Assembly: GCA_023380755.1 (NCBI GenBank)
Contig: JAMCSD010000003.1
Span: forward strand, 9,341-73,340
Reading direction: 5' to 3'
Source: Patescibacteria group bacterium
GTDB lineage: Bacteria; Patescibacteriota; Microgenomatia; UBA12405
DNA length: 64,000 nucleotides
The position numbers and the translations under genes are program-made. The notes beneath the pieces are model-generated. The model ran no database searches. It was not told where the DNA came from and was given only the letters and a program-made list of their open reading frames with translations. Positions 44,182 to 52,725 of the stretch are shown one piece after another (the first letter of the stretch is position 1; each line of letters starts with the position of its first letter).

Positions 44182-45067
44182 TGAATGGCGGAAGTGGCCG
44201 ATTAAAACAATTAAGAGCGAATCTTCTGACTTTCCAGCGGAACTGCGTCAAATAAAGCAAGCGCCAAAAAAAATGTTTTATCGGGGAGAGTGGCAGCCAA
44301 AATTGTTGGAAAGAACAATCAGTATAGTCGGCAGCCGGCGGATGACTCAATATGGCAAAAATGTAGTGGAAATGGTCATGTTACCGTTAGTTCAAAAGTC
44401 AACCACCGTTATTTCTGGATTTATGTACGGAGTGGACGCGGAAGCCCACGAGCAAGCATTAGCGATGGGCGGCCAGACTATAGCAATTTTAGCTTCAGGG
44501 CTAGACTATCCGACGCCAGCGGACCACGACCGTTTATATTACAAAATCCTCGAGAGGGGAGGTTTGGTGATGAGTGAATATGAACCAAATTTTCGGGCCA
44601 CATTGTGGAGTTTTCCCCAAAGGAATCGGATCGTGAGCGGGCTGGCGACGGAAGGAGTGATCGTGGTTGAAGCCGGAATTGATTCGGGTTCTTTGGTAAC
44701 CGCCAGGTTTGCCCGAGAACAAAGAAAAAAGTTGTGGGCCGTTCCCGGACCGATTACTTCGGCTGTCTCCCGAGGATGCAATGAATTAATTAAAAACGGC
44801 CAGGCAAAGGCGTTGCTATCGGCGGATGACCTGTTGGGCAGCTGTCAGAGGGAAAAACAGTTAGAGATACCCGGTTGGTCAAAAACAGATATGTATATAT
44901 TTGAATTATTAGAAGATAGTCCTTTAACGATCGACGTCTTGAGCCTGAAATTACACAAAGAGGTGGCGGAAGTAAATTATCTGGTCAGTATTTTGGAATT
45001 AAACGGTATGATCGAAGAATCTAATGGAGTTCTATACAAAAAAACGATCAGAAGAGAAACGGGGTAG
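44132..45067 (+). CDS. dprA: DNA processing protein DprA (Smf)
   Basis: Rossmann-like core ISIVGSRRMTQYGKNV...GGQTIAILASGLDYPTPADH...SEYEP...FPQRNRIVSGL is followed by a C-terminal winged-helix-like tail. The start is uncertain: ATG at 44132 or 44138, or GTG at 44174. Confidence 0.8.
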   Translation: MLMEKTLIIILILAVINEWRKWPIKTIKSESSDFPAELRQIKQAPKKMFYRGEWQPKLLERTISIVGSRRMTQYGKNVVEMVMLPLVQKSTTVISGFMYGVDAEAHEQALAMGGQTIAILASGLDYPTPADHDRLYYKILERGGLVMSEYEPNFRATLWSFPQRNRIVSGLATEGVIVVEAGIDSGSLVTARFAREQRKKLWAVPGPITSAVSRGCNELIKNGQAKALLSADDLLGSCQREKQLEIPGWSKTDMYIFELLEDSPLTIDVLSLKLHKEVAEVNYLVSILELNGMIEESNGVLYKKTIRRETG

Positions 45068-45068
45068 G

Positions 45069-45082
45069 ATCGTAGAGGAGCC
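45069..45082 (+). repeat. 14-nt motif ATCGTAGAGGAGCC directly after a stop codon (copy 2)
   Basis: TAG-G-ATCGTAGAGGAGCC-TACTCCAGAT. It is identical to the minus-strand 14-mer at 25420-25433, and the flanks are partly similar. Confidence 0.4.
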
Positions 45083-45141
45083 TACTCCAGATCTCTCTTC
45101 TAATCGTTATGAGTATATTGTATCCTATATTATAAGTCTTG

Positions 45142-46812
45142 TCAAGTCTTGGATTCAAGCTCAATGATGCGTTTAATGACAGCGGAAGTCGCAGCGTAAG
45201 TAGGTTCAATTCCCCGGGTAATCAGCGGTGTATCACCGAGAGTTTGGACCAGGGGGTTATCAGAAGCATAATTGATGATGCCGATATCGAAGGGGGTGGA
45301 ACGGATATCAAAATTACCGTTCTCCACAGCAGTTTCGGGATGAAGATAATGATAAATTGAGGCTAAGTAGGAACCGGACTCCATTTCGATGACATTGTAA
45401 CCATCGGCTAAATAGCCTTCCATTTGGCGGCGGTTTTCCAGGAAAGTGCCAAAAAGGGAGAGGGCCTTAAGTGAGTCGTGAGTGTGCACATTGGAGGCTA
45501 AGACATTACTTTGATTGAAGCAGTTATCGAAATTAAAAGTGGAGGCAGTTTTTTCATCCAAAACCGTTTTGGGAATTTGGATATCACCGATATTGCCGTT
45601 GAGAATGGCGGCCTTGCCAATAATATAAATACCTTTGACATTTTTAAAGTGCTTTAAGAAAGTCTCCATCAGATAATAAGCAGCCTGACCGAGAGGGTAC
45701 TCGATGTTAATGATAATGGCCGAATTATCTTTAATGGAATTAAATGGTAGGCTGGCTAACTGAGGATCGGGATACTCGAAATGTTGGAAAGAATTAAGAG
45801 GAATAATTTGGGTAACAGATTCAAAAGGCCCGGTGGAAACGATGCGTCGGATCCCCTTACTGACTTCGAGACGGTTACGTTCTTGAACTTCTTCGGGATG
45901 GTGCTCGAAGTAAATCTTGGAAAGATAGTAAACAAAATCATAAACCCGGGTAGGATCATTATTGGTCTTGATTAACTGCCATTGCTCATATATCGAAGGA
46001 TAGGTCGATTCGATAAAGGTGAACAATTTAGCTTCAATTTGCCAAACATAACCGGTGATTAAGTTAGTTAAGCTATGGGTATTTGAAGAAACAAAATAGA
46101 CCGGAGTATCGAACAAATCGATAAACAACGATTCTTTACGCAGCTGGTCAATCCAATCTTCGAAGGCAGTATCGTAGGAACTGTTACTCTTAAGGAGCTG
46201 CAAAGTGGTGCCGCTACGGGCTCCCCAGGTAGCCAGGGCTGATTTCCAGTCGTGGCCGAGCAGCATTTTTAAAGATTCCAGTTCTACCACCGTAATTCCA
46301 AAGAGATTAATTAACTCATGATCATCAAACTGTTTACGTTGATGGCGCAGAGCTTGATGAATTTTTTCGGATTCAATCTCGATGGCGACAAGCGCGTTAA
46401 CAATATCATCAATATCGGAGTCGGAAGTGATAACAAAGACTAAAGTACGACTGAGAGGATTGTAAAAACTCAAGCGACGACGGTTAACCGCGGTGACCTT
46501 TTTCCAAACGTGAGAAGTGGTAATGACTCCGGGAAGTTGACGGGGGTCCTTGACCATAATTACACTTTGTGTCTCGCGGAGCTCAGAGGGAAGCCGAGAC
46601 AGAGCATAGTTAAGGGTGGAAACATCGATCCAATTGTCACCTAAATGATGATGCATCGAAGGCTGCATCAGCTTATAAGTCGGGATAAAATCAGCGATAT
46701 TGACAGGATTTCCAGGAGCCAGTAACTCCGTATAATGTTGAATATGATTACGGATGGTTTCTTCGAGCGTGGCCAGTTGAACGGGTGACATGGTTAGAGA
46801 TATGGCGTCCAA
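45142..46812 (-). CDS. nucleoside phosphorylase-superfamily (AMP-nucleosidase-like) protein with uncharacterised N-terminal ~380 aa
   Basis: The C-terminal ~180 aa parallels the PNP_UDP_1 / E. coli Amn catalytic core as I recall it. IINIEYPLGQAA matches the phosphate loop region, IYIIGKAAIL...IGDIQIPKTVLDE follows, and GTFLENRR...YNVIEMESGSYLAS carries the (D/E)MES motif. I recognised nothing in the N-terminal part. An alternative start is the ATG at 46791. Confidence 0.45.
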   Translation of the reverse strand: MDAISLTMSPVQLATLEETIRNHIQHYTELLAPGNPVNIADFIPTYKLMQPSMHHHLGDNWIDVSTLNYALSRLPSELRETQSVIMVKDPRQLPGVITTSHVWKKVTAVNRRRLSFYNPLSRTLVFVITSDSDIDDIVNALVAIEIESEKIHQALRHQRKQFDDHELINLFGITVVELESLKMLLGHDWKSALATWGARSGTTLQLLKSNSSYDTAFEDWIDQLRKESLFIDLFDTPVYFVSSNTHSLTNLITGYVWQIEAKLFTFIESTYPSIYEQWQLIKTNNDPTRVYDFVYYLSKIYFEHHPEEVQERNRLEVSKGIRRIVSTGPFESVTQIIPLNSFQHFEYPDPQLASLPFNSIKDNSAIIINIEYPLGQAAYYLMETFLKHFKNVKGIYIIGKAAILNGNIGDIQIPKTVLDEKTASTFNFDNCFNQSNVLASNVHTHDSLKALSLFGTFLENRRQMEGYLADGYNVIEMESGSYLASIYHYLHPETAVENGNFDIRSTPFDIGIINYASDNPLVQTLGDTPLITRGIEPTYAATSAVIKRIIELESKT

Positions 46813-47912
46813 TCAGCAATGGGCGCGGTGTTGCCAATAATAAAATTAATAGCATATAGGTAAATGGCGGGGATGAGAAGCAGTAAGGCGAATTTAAAAG
46901 CCTTAGTTTTTAGATGGGGGGCAAAAGCCAAAAAGAGAAAAGGATAAATGGGTGACGCATAACGGCTAATATCGCGGTGGGCTACCAGAAGAGTGGCAAT
47001 CAAGAATATGGCCGGAAATACGGCTAAGATATCAAATTTATATTTACCAATAAGGCGGCCAACACCAAAAAGAGCCAAAAGAAAAATGTAAAGGATATCT
47101 TCCAGCCAGATGCCATTAACCCAGGATTTAGTGCTGACAAAAGCCAGATAAGGTATGGGGTTAAGATGAATATTGTCACCGCTATGAAAATAAGCCAAGA
47201 AATCCCCTGTTTGGAGGTAGTATAAATAAAAGACTAAGAGAGCCGAGAGCGGAATTAACAAATAGGTGCCAAATCGCCGGACGACTGAGCCCAAAGAAGA
47301 TTTATGGGTCCAAAACTCATAGACCGCCAAGAGGAAGTAGGCCACAAAAAGAAGAATGCCGGGACTTTTGAGAAGTTGGACTAACACCGCACAAAGAGCC
47401 GACAGGATATATTTCTTTTGGCGGAAGAAAATAATGGACCAAAGAATAAAGCCGATAAACATGGTTTCGGGGGCGCCAATCGAGCGAAGAATAAACAGCC
47501 GTCCGGGAAAAAGAGTGAAGGCAAAAGTGAGCCACAGCGAACCGCTTAAGAGATAAAAGGCGTAATTGAGAATAACCGAACCCAAAAGAGTTAACAGGAT
47601 CATGGCGACCGGGGAAGGCAAAACGACATCAAAAAGGCGGATTAATAAGGGAAAACCAGGTAAATGGGCCGGGTAATATTCCAAGGGGGTGGGCAAGGAG
47701 AAGTGGGTCCGGATACAATTTTTATCGTAACCACACTTGGCGATAACCAGGTAGTTAGGACCATCGTAGTTGGCAAAAATAGTTTTTAGGTCAACCGAAC
47801 TAAAACCGATTTGGCGGGGGAGGTTGAAATGAAACATAATCCAGAGAAGCAGGGTGGGGATGACAGTGAAGAGCGAAACCACCAAAAAAGGCTTGAATTT
47901 GATAAAATTCAT
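46794..47912 (-). CDS. polytopic membrane protein, PIG-V/GT76-like GT-C mannosyltransferase candidate
   Basis: About 10 TM helices. The first loop ANYDGPNYLVIAKCGYD resembles the WD..WY..IA..GY motif of PIG-V-type enzymes. I moved the start to MNFIKFKPF (ATG at 47912) because the track start at 47942 overlaps the tRNA-Glu gene. Confidence 0.5.
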   Translation of the reverse strand: MNFIKFKPFLVVSLFTVIPTLLLWIMFHFNLPRQIGFSSVDLKTIFANYDGPNYLVIAKCGYDKNCIRTHFSLPTPLEYYPAHLPGFPLLIRLFDVVLPSPVAMILLTLLGSVILNYAFYLLSGSLWLTFAFTLFPGRLFILRSIGAPETMFIGFILWSIIFFRQKKYILSALCAVLVQLLKSPGILLFVAYFLLAVYEFWTHKSSLGSVVRRFGTYLLIPLSALLVFYLYYLQTGDFLAYFHSGDNIHLNPIPYLAFVSTKSWVNGIWLEDILYIFLLALFGVGRLIGKYKFDILAVFPAIFLIATLLVAHRDISRYASPIYPFLFLAFAPHLKTKAFKFALLLLIPAIYLYAINFIIGNTAPIADWTPYL

Positions 47913-47934
47913 TGCCTTATTGTACCCACCAGAA

Positions 47935-48007
47935 GGCTCCATCGTCTAGTGGCCTAGGACGGCAGGTTCTCATCCTGTTAACCGGGGTTCAAATCCCCGT
48001 GGAGTCA
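47935..48007 (+). tRNA. tRNA-Glu (anticodon CUC), no encoded CCA
   Basis: It was folded by hand. The acceptor stem pairs GGCTCCA with TGGAGTC (one G-U). The D arm is GTCT-AGTGGCCT-AGGAC and the anticodon arm is GCAGG-TTCTCAT-CCTGT. The variable loop is TAAC, the T arm is CGGGG-TTCAAAT-CCCCG and the discriminator is A. It is closely parallel to E. coli tRNA-Glu. Confidence 0.9.
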
Positions 48008-48641
48008 CACTAATGTTTGGCGATGAGGGTGAGCAACGATAACGGTTGACCAAGGTGTGAATTTCTTCCCGGGTAATAGGAAGTTTTTCGTAATCAAGAG
48101 AGGAAGCACCAGACAAGGTATCGCTAATTCCCTCGACCGAGGTCCCCTGCGGGATAAGGTAATGGGTGGGAATATGCCGGGGTATTTGTAGGTGGTGGAT
48201 AGAAGTGCCAAGTGTACTGGAAAACAAGGCAGTAATGTCGTCCCCTTCATTATTGTGCCGTCGTAGAAAACTGATTAAATTTTGCTGGCCGTCTGATTGG
48301 TGATGGTATTTGTCGTAAAGGGAAACCCGGGGAACCTTATATTCGAGAACCTTACGCAGGACATAGGATTGCCGGCCTATAGTTTCCAAGATAAAGCCAT
48401 CCGGATAGGAGAGGTGCCAAACCGCATAGTCACTCTGAGTAATTCGTTTTTGAAGCTCATGAACCTGGCTCGGAGTGACGACCAGATAACGCGGAGGCGG
48501 AAAATCAGAGACCATCCAATCATAAGCCAGTATTTCAAATACTTCACCGGTAAGTCTTGCCCTGTCCTGGGTATGATGTTTTTGGATGTAACGGGGTAAA
48601 CCTAAGCGTTCAATCCGTCGGTATATTTCGGGATCCGCCAT
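47970..48641 (-). CDS. hypothetical protein with PD-(D/E)xK nuclease-like motif
   Basis: 223-aa ORF containing GEVFEILAYDW ... YPDGFILETIGRQSYVLRKVLEYKV (E ... PD ... ExK spacing). The last 13 codons run antisense through the 3' half of tRNA-Glu. Confidence 0.45.
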   Translation of the reverse strand: MADPEIYRRIERLGLPRYIQKHHTQDRARLTGEVFEILAYDWMVSDFPPPRYLVVTPSQVHELQKRITQSDYAVWHLSYPDGFILETIGRQSYVLRKVLEYKVPRVSLYDKYHHQSDGQQNLISFLRRHNNEGDDITALFSSTLGTSIHHLQIPRHIPTHYLIPQGTSVEGISDTLSGASSLDYEKLPITREEIHTLVNRYRCSPSSPNISVTPRGFEPRLTG

Positions 48642-48665
48642 AATATTTCCTATTATATTACAGGT

Positions 48666-49127
48666 TTAAAACGGCATTTCATCGGGAATGACAATATCTT
48701 CGACCTTTTGGTCGGTACTGGTGGGTGTCTCGACAATTTTCTCGGGTTTAAGATCAGATGGTGGACTAAAAGAAGTTGCCGAGGACTCAGTCCCTGGCCG
48801 GGGGGTAAAGGGCACTACCGTGTCAGCGACAATTTCACTGATATAGCGTTTAGTACCATCTTTAGCCTCATATTGACGATTATCAATCCGTCCGACAACA
48901 GAAACTTTAACGCCTTTATGGACGGAATTGGCAATGAATTCCGCTTGCTTACCCCAGACAACAACATTATGGAAGGTGGGGACATCAACCCACTGATCGC
49001 CTTTTTTCATGGAGTAATTAGTAGCTACGCCCAAAGAGCAGACAGCAGTACCAGATGGAGTGTATTTTAATTCCGGATCACGGGTAACATTGCCGGTAAT
49101 AAAAGCAACATTAATACTGAAAGCCAT
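48666..49127 (-). CDS. ssb: single-stranded DNA-binding protein
   Basis: OB fold N-terminus (INVAFITGNVTRDPELKYTPSGTAVCSLGVATN), a disordered tail and an acidic tip ending in IPDEMPF. Confidence 0.9.
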   Translation of the reverse strand: MAFSINVAFITGNVTRDPELKYTPSGTAVCSLGVATNYSMKKGDQWVDVPTFHNVVVWGKQAEFIANSVHKGVKVSVVGRIDNRQYEAKDGTKRYISEIVADTVVPFTPRPGTESSATSFSPPSDLKPEKIVETPTSTDQKVEDIVIPDEMPF

Positions 49128-49171
49128 AAATATAGTTAACGGTTAATAGGTAATTATAACTTAGACCAAAG

Positions 49172-49690
49172 CTACTTGATGCTGACCAGCTCAACCTCGA
49201 AAACCAGAGTGGATTTGGGAGGAATAACATTGCCCGCTCCGCGATCGCCGTAAGCTAATTCGGGAGGGATAGTGAGTCGGCGTTTACCACCGACCTTCAT
49301 GCCGACCACTCCTTCATCCCAACCCTTGATAACCTGGCCGACGCCGATTTGAGTTTCGAAAGGTTGGCCACGGTCATAAGAAGAATCAAACTTCTGGCCG
49401 TTTAAGAGCGTGCCGACATAATTAATTAAGATGGTGTCACCGGCTTTAACAGCGGAACCGGTACCAATTTTGAGGTCTTCGATCTTTAACTGAGACATAG
49501 TGGAGGGAGTCGGATTAACGGATAATTGGTTGGGGTTGACGGTAATAGCCGGCGTCGAGCTAACCGGCTCCAAAGTCGGAACGGCAGAACTACCGGAGGG
49601 AAGAGAGGCGGGTTTTTGCGACAAAATAACCACTACACCGACAATAAGCAAGACGACGACGACTAGGGTACTGATGGCTTCTTTAGACAT
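49172..49690 (-). CDS. FKBP-type peptidyl-prolyl isomerase, membrane-anchored
   Basis: A TM helix and Ser/Pro/Thr linker precede the FKBP core (YVGTLLNGQKFDSSYDRGQPFETQIGVGQVIKGWDEGVVGMKVGGKRRLTIPPELAYG). TGA-TATGGT (complement of 49696-49704) lies 5 nt upstream of the ATG. Confidence 0.85.
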   Translation of the reverse strand: MSKEAISTLVVVVLLIVGVVVILSQKPASLPSGSSAVPTLEPVSSTPAITVNPNQLSVNPTPSTMSQLKIEDLKIGTGSAVKAGDTILINYVGTLLNGQKFDSSYDRGQPFETQIGVGQVIKGWDEGVVGMKVGGKRRLTIPPELAYGDRGAGNVIPPKSTLVFEVELVSIK

Positions 49691-49744
49691 GATTTACCAT
49701 ATCACACTTTTTGGGGACCGCCTAGTAAGTGAGATAATAATTTC

Positions 49745-50902
49745 ATGATTAGGTGGAGACTGGTTTTGAAAATGATGGTCGCCGGTTTGTTGGGTTATTT
49801 TTTAGGCGTGGAGGCGATCACCATCATTCCGACTTGGGATTTGCCACGCAATCACTTTCTTTATCAAATAACCGGAGTCCATAAACCACTGGTTTTGGGG
49901 TATTTGCCGTACTGGTTATTGGACAAGTCTGAGAATGATTACTCGCCATATTTAACTGATGTGAGTTATTTTGGATTAATTATCAATCATGACGGTACTA
50001 TTGTTAAAAAAAACGGAAATAGTAGCGAACCTGGCTGGAATCGTCTAGCCAACGGTGCTCCCCGGGCAAGTTCGTTACTACTGCAAAGTGGGGTGGAAGA
50101 TAGCATCCAACAGCTGCTCCAAAACCCAGTCAAGAATGCCAATACTCTGATGAACGAAGTTTTGCCGATCATCAGCCAATACAGGTTTCGCGATTTGACG
50201 GTTGATGTGGAAAGCGTAAAGACAGTGAGCCCTGATGTGAGTAATAATTATACTCAGTTTTTGAAAACTATTAAGCAGCGGTTGTCGGCCCAAAATCAGG
50301 AAATAAGTTTGTCGGTGGATGTGCCGGTGTATGCCTACTCGCGGCCAACAATTTACAATGTGAATGATCTGCCCTTGGCCGTCGACTATTTAGTGTTGAT
50401 GACTTATGACTACCATTACCGCGGGTCAGCTACTGCCGGCCCAGTAGCCCCGCTGAGTGGTGGTGATACTTATTGGGAAAATGATGTCAGCCGGGCAGTT
50501 GATTTGGCACTAAAAACCATGCCGGAGGAGAAATTAATACTGGGGGTCCCGCTCTACGGTTATGAATGGGAAACACAAAGCAATGCTGCCGGGGCGGCCA
50601 TAATTCCGGGCAGCGGCTTGACAGCGAGTAATAAACGGGTGGCCGAAATACTGGATAATTGCCCCAATTGCCAGGTGACAACCGATAAAAGCTCGGGGGA
50701 GAAATCAATTGTTTATTTGGATACCACGACCAATTCTTACCATCAAATTTTTATCGGTGATGAAACGACACTGGCCAAAAAGATTGAACTCGCTAAACAG
50801 AAGCACTTAGGCGGAATCGCCTTTTGGGCCCTGGGCTACGAGGACAACCAAATGCTAAAAAAACTAAAAGATTACCAAAATTTTAAGTGGATCAGCGAAT
50901 AA
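49745..50902 (+). CDS. glycoside hydrolase family 18-like protein (chitinase/YaaH-type)
   Basis: N-terminal TM helix, catalytic-region motif FRDLTVDVESV (D-x-D-x-E type), and LMTYDYHY and GGIAFWALGYED typical of the GH18 TIM barrel. TGA-GATAAT (49730-49738) lies 6 nt upstream of the ATG. Confidence 0.65.
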   Translation: MIRWRLVLKMMVAGLLGYFLGVEAITIIPTWDLPRNHFLYQITGVHKPLVLGYLPYWLLDKSENDYSPYLTDVSYFGLIINHDGTIVKKNGNSSEPGWNRLANGAPRASSLLLQSGVEDSIQQLLQNPVKNANTLMNEVLPIISQYRFRDLTVDVESVKTVSPDVSNNYTQFLKTIKQRLSAQNQEISLSVDVPVYAYSRPTIYNVNDLPLAVDYLVLMTYDYHYRGSATAGPVAPLSGGDTYWENDVSRAVDLALKTMPEEKLILGVPLYGYEWETQSNAAGAAIIPGSGLTASNKRVAEILDNCPNCQVTTDKSSGEKSIVYLDTTTNSYHQIFIGDETTLAKKIELAKQKHLGGIAFWALGYEDNQMLKKLKDYQNFKWISE

Positions 50903-51506
50903 AGCGATAAGTGCGATTGCTATCATTAAAGCGCAGCCGGCGGTTAGACCGTAAGTCGACAATATGGGTGACATTCGATAAATCTTCGTAGGCAATTTGT
51001 CCCAAGCCCTGGAGGTAGATATATCCGGAGTCAAAAGTGATAGTGAGGCCGGAGGCCGGGTGAACCAGAAGATGAGCGGCGCGAATGGTGTTGTCGGCAG
51101 TTGTTGGTTGATATTCAATTTCCCCGCTGCTTTGGGTTAAAAGCAAATTTGGCAAAACTCCGTTGGTAAAGTCCAGAACGGTATTGGGCTTGACCTGCAA
51201 GCTTAAAACCGGGGAAAACCCGAGAGAAGCCGATGAGGAGGCATCGGTCCTGATCCCCTCCCCCTGAACCAGCCAATCAGAGGGTGCCATGGGAAGATAA
51301 GCAGAAGAATAACGGGGATGTTTGAGCGGCAGACCGGAGCTGGAGCTGACTTGGGCTTTAATGGCTGCCGAGGGGGCTGAGGGCGGCGCATAGGCCAAAG
51401 GCGGAAAGGTGAGAGGGCGATGAAGACTAAGATAACGGCGGACGAAAGGGACCGAAAAACCGATGACAATGGCCACTAAAATTAATAGCAACTTAAGCAG
51501 GCGCAT
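50892..51506 (-). CDS. hypothetical secreted/membrane-anchored protein
   Basis: 204-aa ORF with an N-terminal TM/signal helix and a Pro/Ser-rich linker. TAAAAT (complement of 51512-51517) lies 5 nt upstream of the ATG. It overlaps the GH18 gene tail-to-tail by 11 nt. Confidence 0.5.
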   Translation of the reverse strand: MRLLKLLLILVAIVIGFSVPFVRRYLSLHRPLTFPPLAYAPPSAPSAAIKAQVSSSSGLPLKHPRYSSAYLPMAPSDWLVQGEGIRTDASSSASLGFSPVLSLQVKPNTVLDFTNGVLPNLLLTQSSGEIEYQPTTADNTIRAAHLLVHPASGLTITFDSGYIYLQGLGQIAYEDLSNVTHIVDLRSNRRLRFNDSNRTYRFIR

Positions 51507-51525
51507 GGAATATTTTACCTTAATT

Positions 51526-52722
51526 CTAAAAGTTAAATTGACCGTGGTGATAGATGACTTTTGAAGAACCGTCAGCCAGAATAGCAGTCACCCGTCGATC
51601 GGTACTGGCGATGATGTCGGTATGGACAGCCGAGTGATTAAAACCAAGACGTTTCAAGACGGCTGGATTAGCCGGGGGTTTCCCCCGATAACACTCTTGG
51701 AAAGACATGCCGACGGCAAGATGAGTGTTGCCATAATTACCGCCGTAATTTTCATCATATAGTGTTTCGGCCATGTATCGATTGATGCGCGAGAAGCGCT
51801 TGTCGGTAAGGGAAAATTCACCGACACGATTAGCATTTTTAACGGCTAACATTTCCTGAAGGATCTTGTCACCATAAACGGCCTGGGCTTTTTTGATTTT
51901 TCCGGCAGCGAATTCTAGTTTAATATCTTTGATTAAGTGGCCGTAGCGGTATAAAGGCAGATCAAAGGAGATAGTCCCTTCAGTAAAGCGGGCATCGGGT
52001 GAGGTAAATATTTCGAAACTGGGAATATTGCGGCCGCTACCGCTGACCCACCGGCGATGGGGACCAATTGCCAGCCACAAATCCGTGCCTTCGGCCTCGA
52101 CATGTAGTTTATCGATAGATAAATTATTGAGATTTTTTTCGATAGCAGTCATCTTGGTAAAAACCGACCGCCATTGCCGAAGAGCATCAGGCTGGTCGAG
52201 GAAACAGGCGCGAACTATTTGCTGCCAACATTCCTCAAGAGTTAGCCCCGCTTCTTGGGCCATAGCTTCAGTGGGGTACATAGCTATAGTCCAGGTATAA
52301 CGGCCGGCAGCTTCTTTTTTATTTAGCCAATTGATGTAAGGCAGACGGGTGCGGGAGCGGTCCATGATTTTTTTAGGATCAATGCCTTCCAGTTCGTGCT
52401 TGTTAGTTTCGGCAATTATGGTGATGGTATGATCGGCCTGAATAGCCCGGCCTTTCATAAAAGAGCGAGGGAAAAAGCGGATCTGTTCCGGATTAGCAAA
52501 TTCAAAGAAATCGCGTTCCAAGTCGTTGGGCAGATATTGGATTAGGGGGTGGGCGTTGGCTTTTAAAACGGCTTTATTTAATTCGATTAAAAGAAGCTTG
52601 GCCGCCTCAGGAACCTGAAGGAAAACGACTTCCCCCGGACGGACCCCCCGACCGCTATTTAAAGCAAAGTTGACCAGAATATCGGCGTACCTTTCTAAAT
52701 AGACAGGCTCCAAAGAAGACAT
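51526..52722 (-). CDS. M29-family aminopeptidase (AmpS/aminopeptidase T-like)
   Basis: 398 aa. The N-terminus YADILVNFALNSGRGVRPGEVVFLQ and the C-terminal region GEFSLTDKRFSRI...ETLYDENYGGNYGNTHLAVG...HTDII parallel Thermus aminopeptidase T as I recall it. Confidence 0.75.
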   Translation of the reverse strand: MSSLEPVYLERYADILVNFALNSGRGVRPGEVVFLQVPEAAKLLLIELNKAVLKANAHPLIQYLPNDLERDFFEFANPEQIRFFPRSFMKGRAIQADHTITIIAETNKHELEGIDPKKIMDRSRTRLPYINWLNKKEAAGRYTWTIAMYPTEAMAQEAGLTLEECWQQIVRACFLDQPDALRQWRSVFTKMTAIEKNLNNLSIDKLHVEAEGTDLWLAIGPHRRWVSGSGRNIPSFEIFTSPDARFTEGTISFDLPLYRYGHLIKDIKLEFAAGKIKKAQAVYGDKILQEMLAVKNANRVGEFSLTDKRFSRINRYMAETLYDENYGGNYGNTHLAVGMSFQECYRGKPPANPAVLKRLGFNHSAVHTDIIASTDRRVTAILADGSSKVIYHHGQFNF

Positions 52723-52725
52723 AAG

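Noticed and set aside
47913-47942. 10-codon N-terminal extension of the PIG-V-like membrane protein
   Set aside because: It overlaps the 5' end of the tRNA-Glu gene on the opposite strand. The internal ATG at 47912 gives a normal N-terminus.
47935-49127. Integrated mobile element at tRNA-Glu (tRNA, nuclease-like ORF, ssb)
   Set aside because: I found no integrase, recombinase or transposase, no duplicated tRNA 3' segment and no clear compositional break by eye. I kept it only as a hypothesis within the finding on the orphan ORF.
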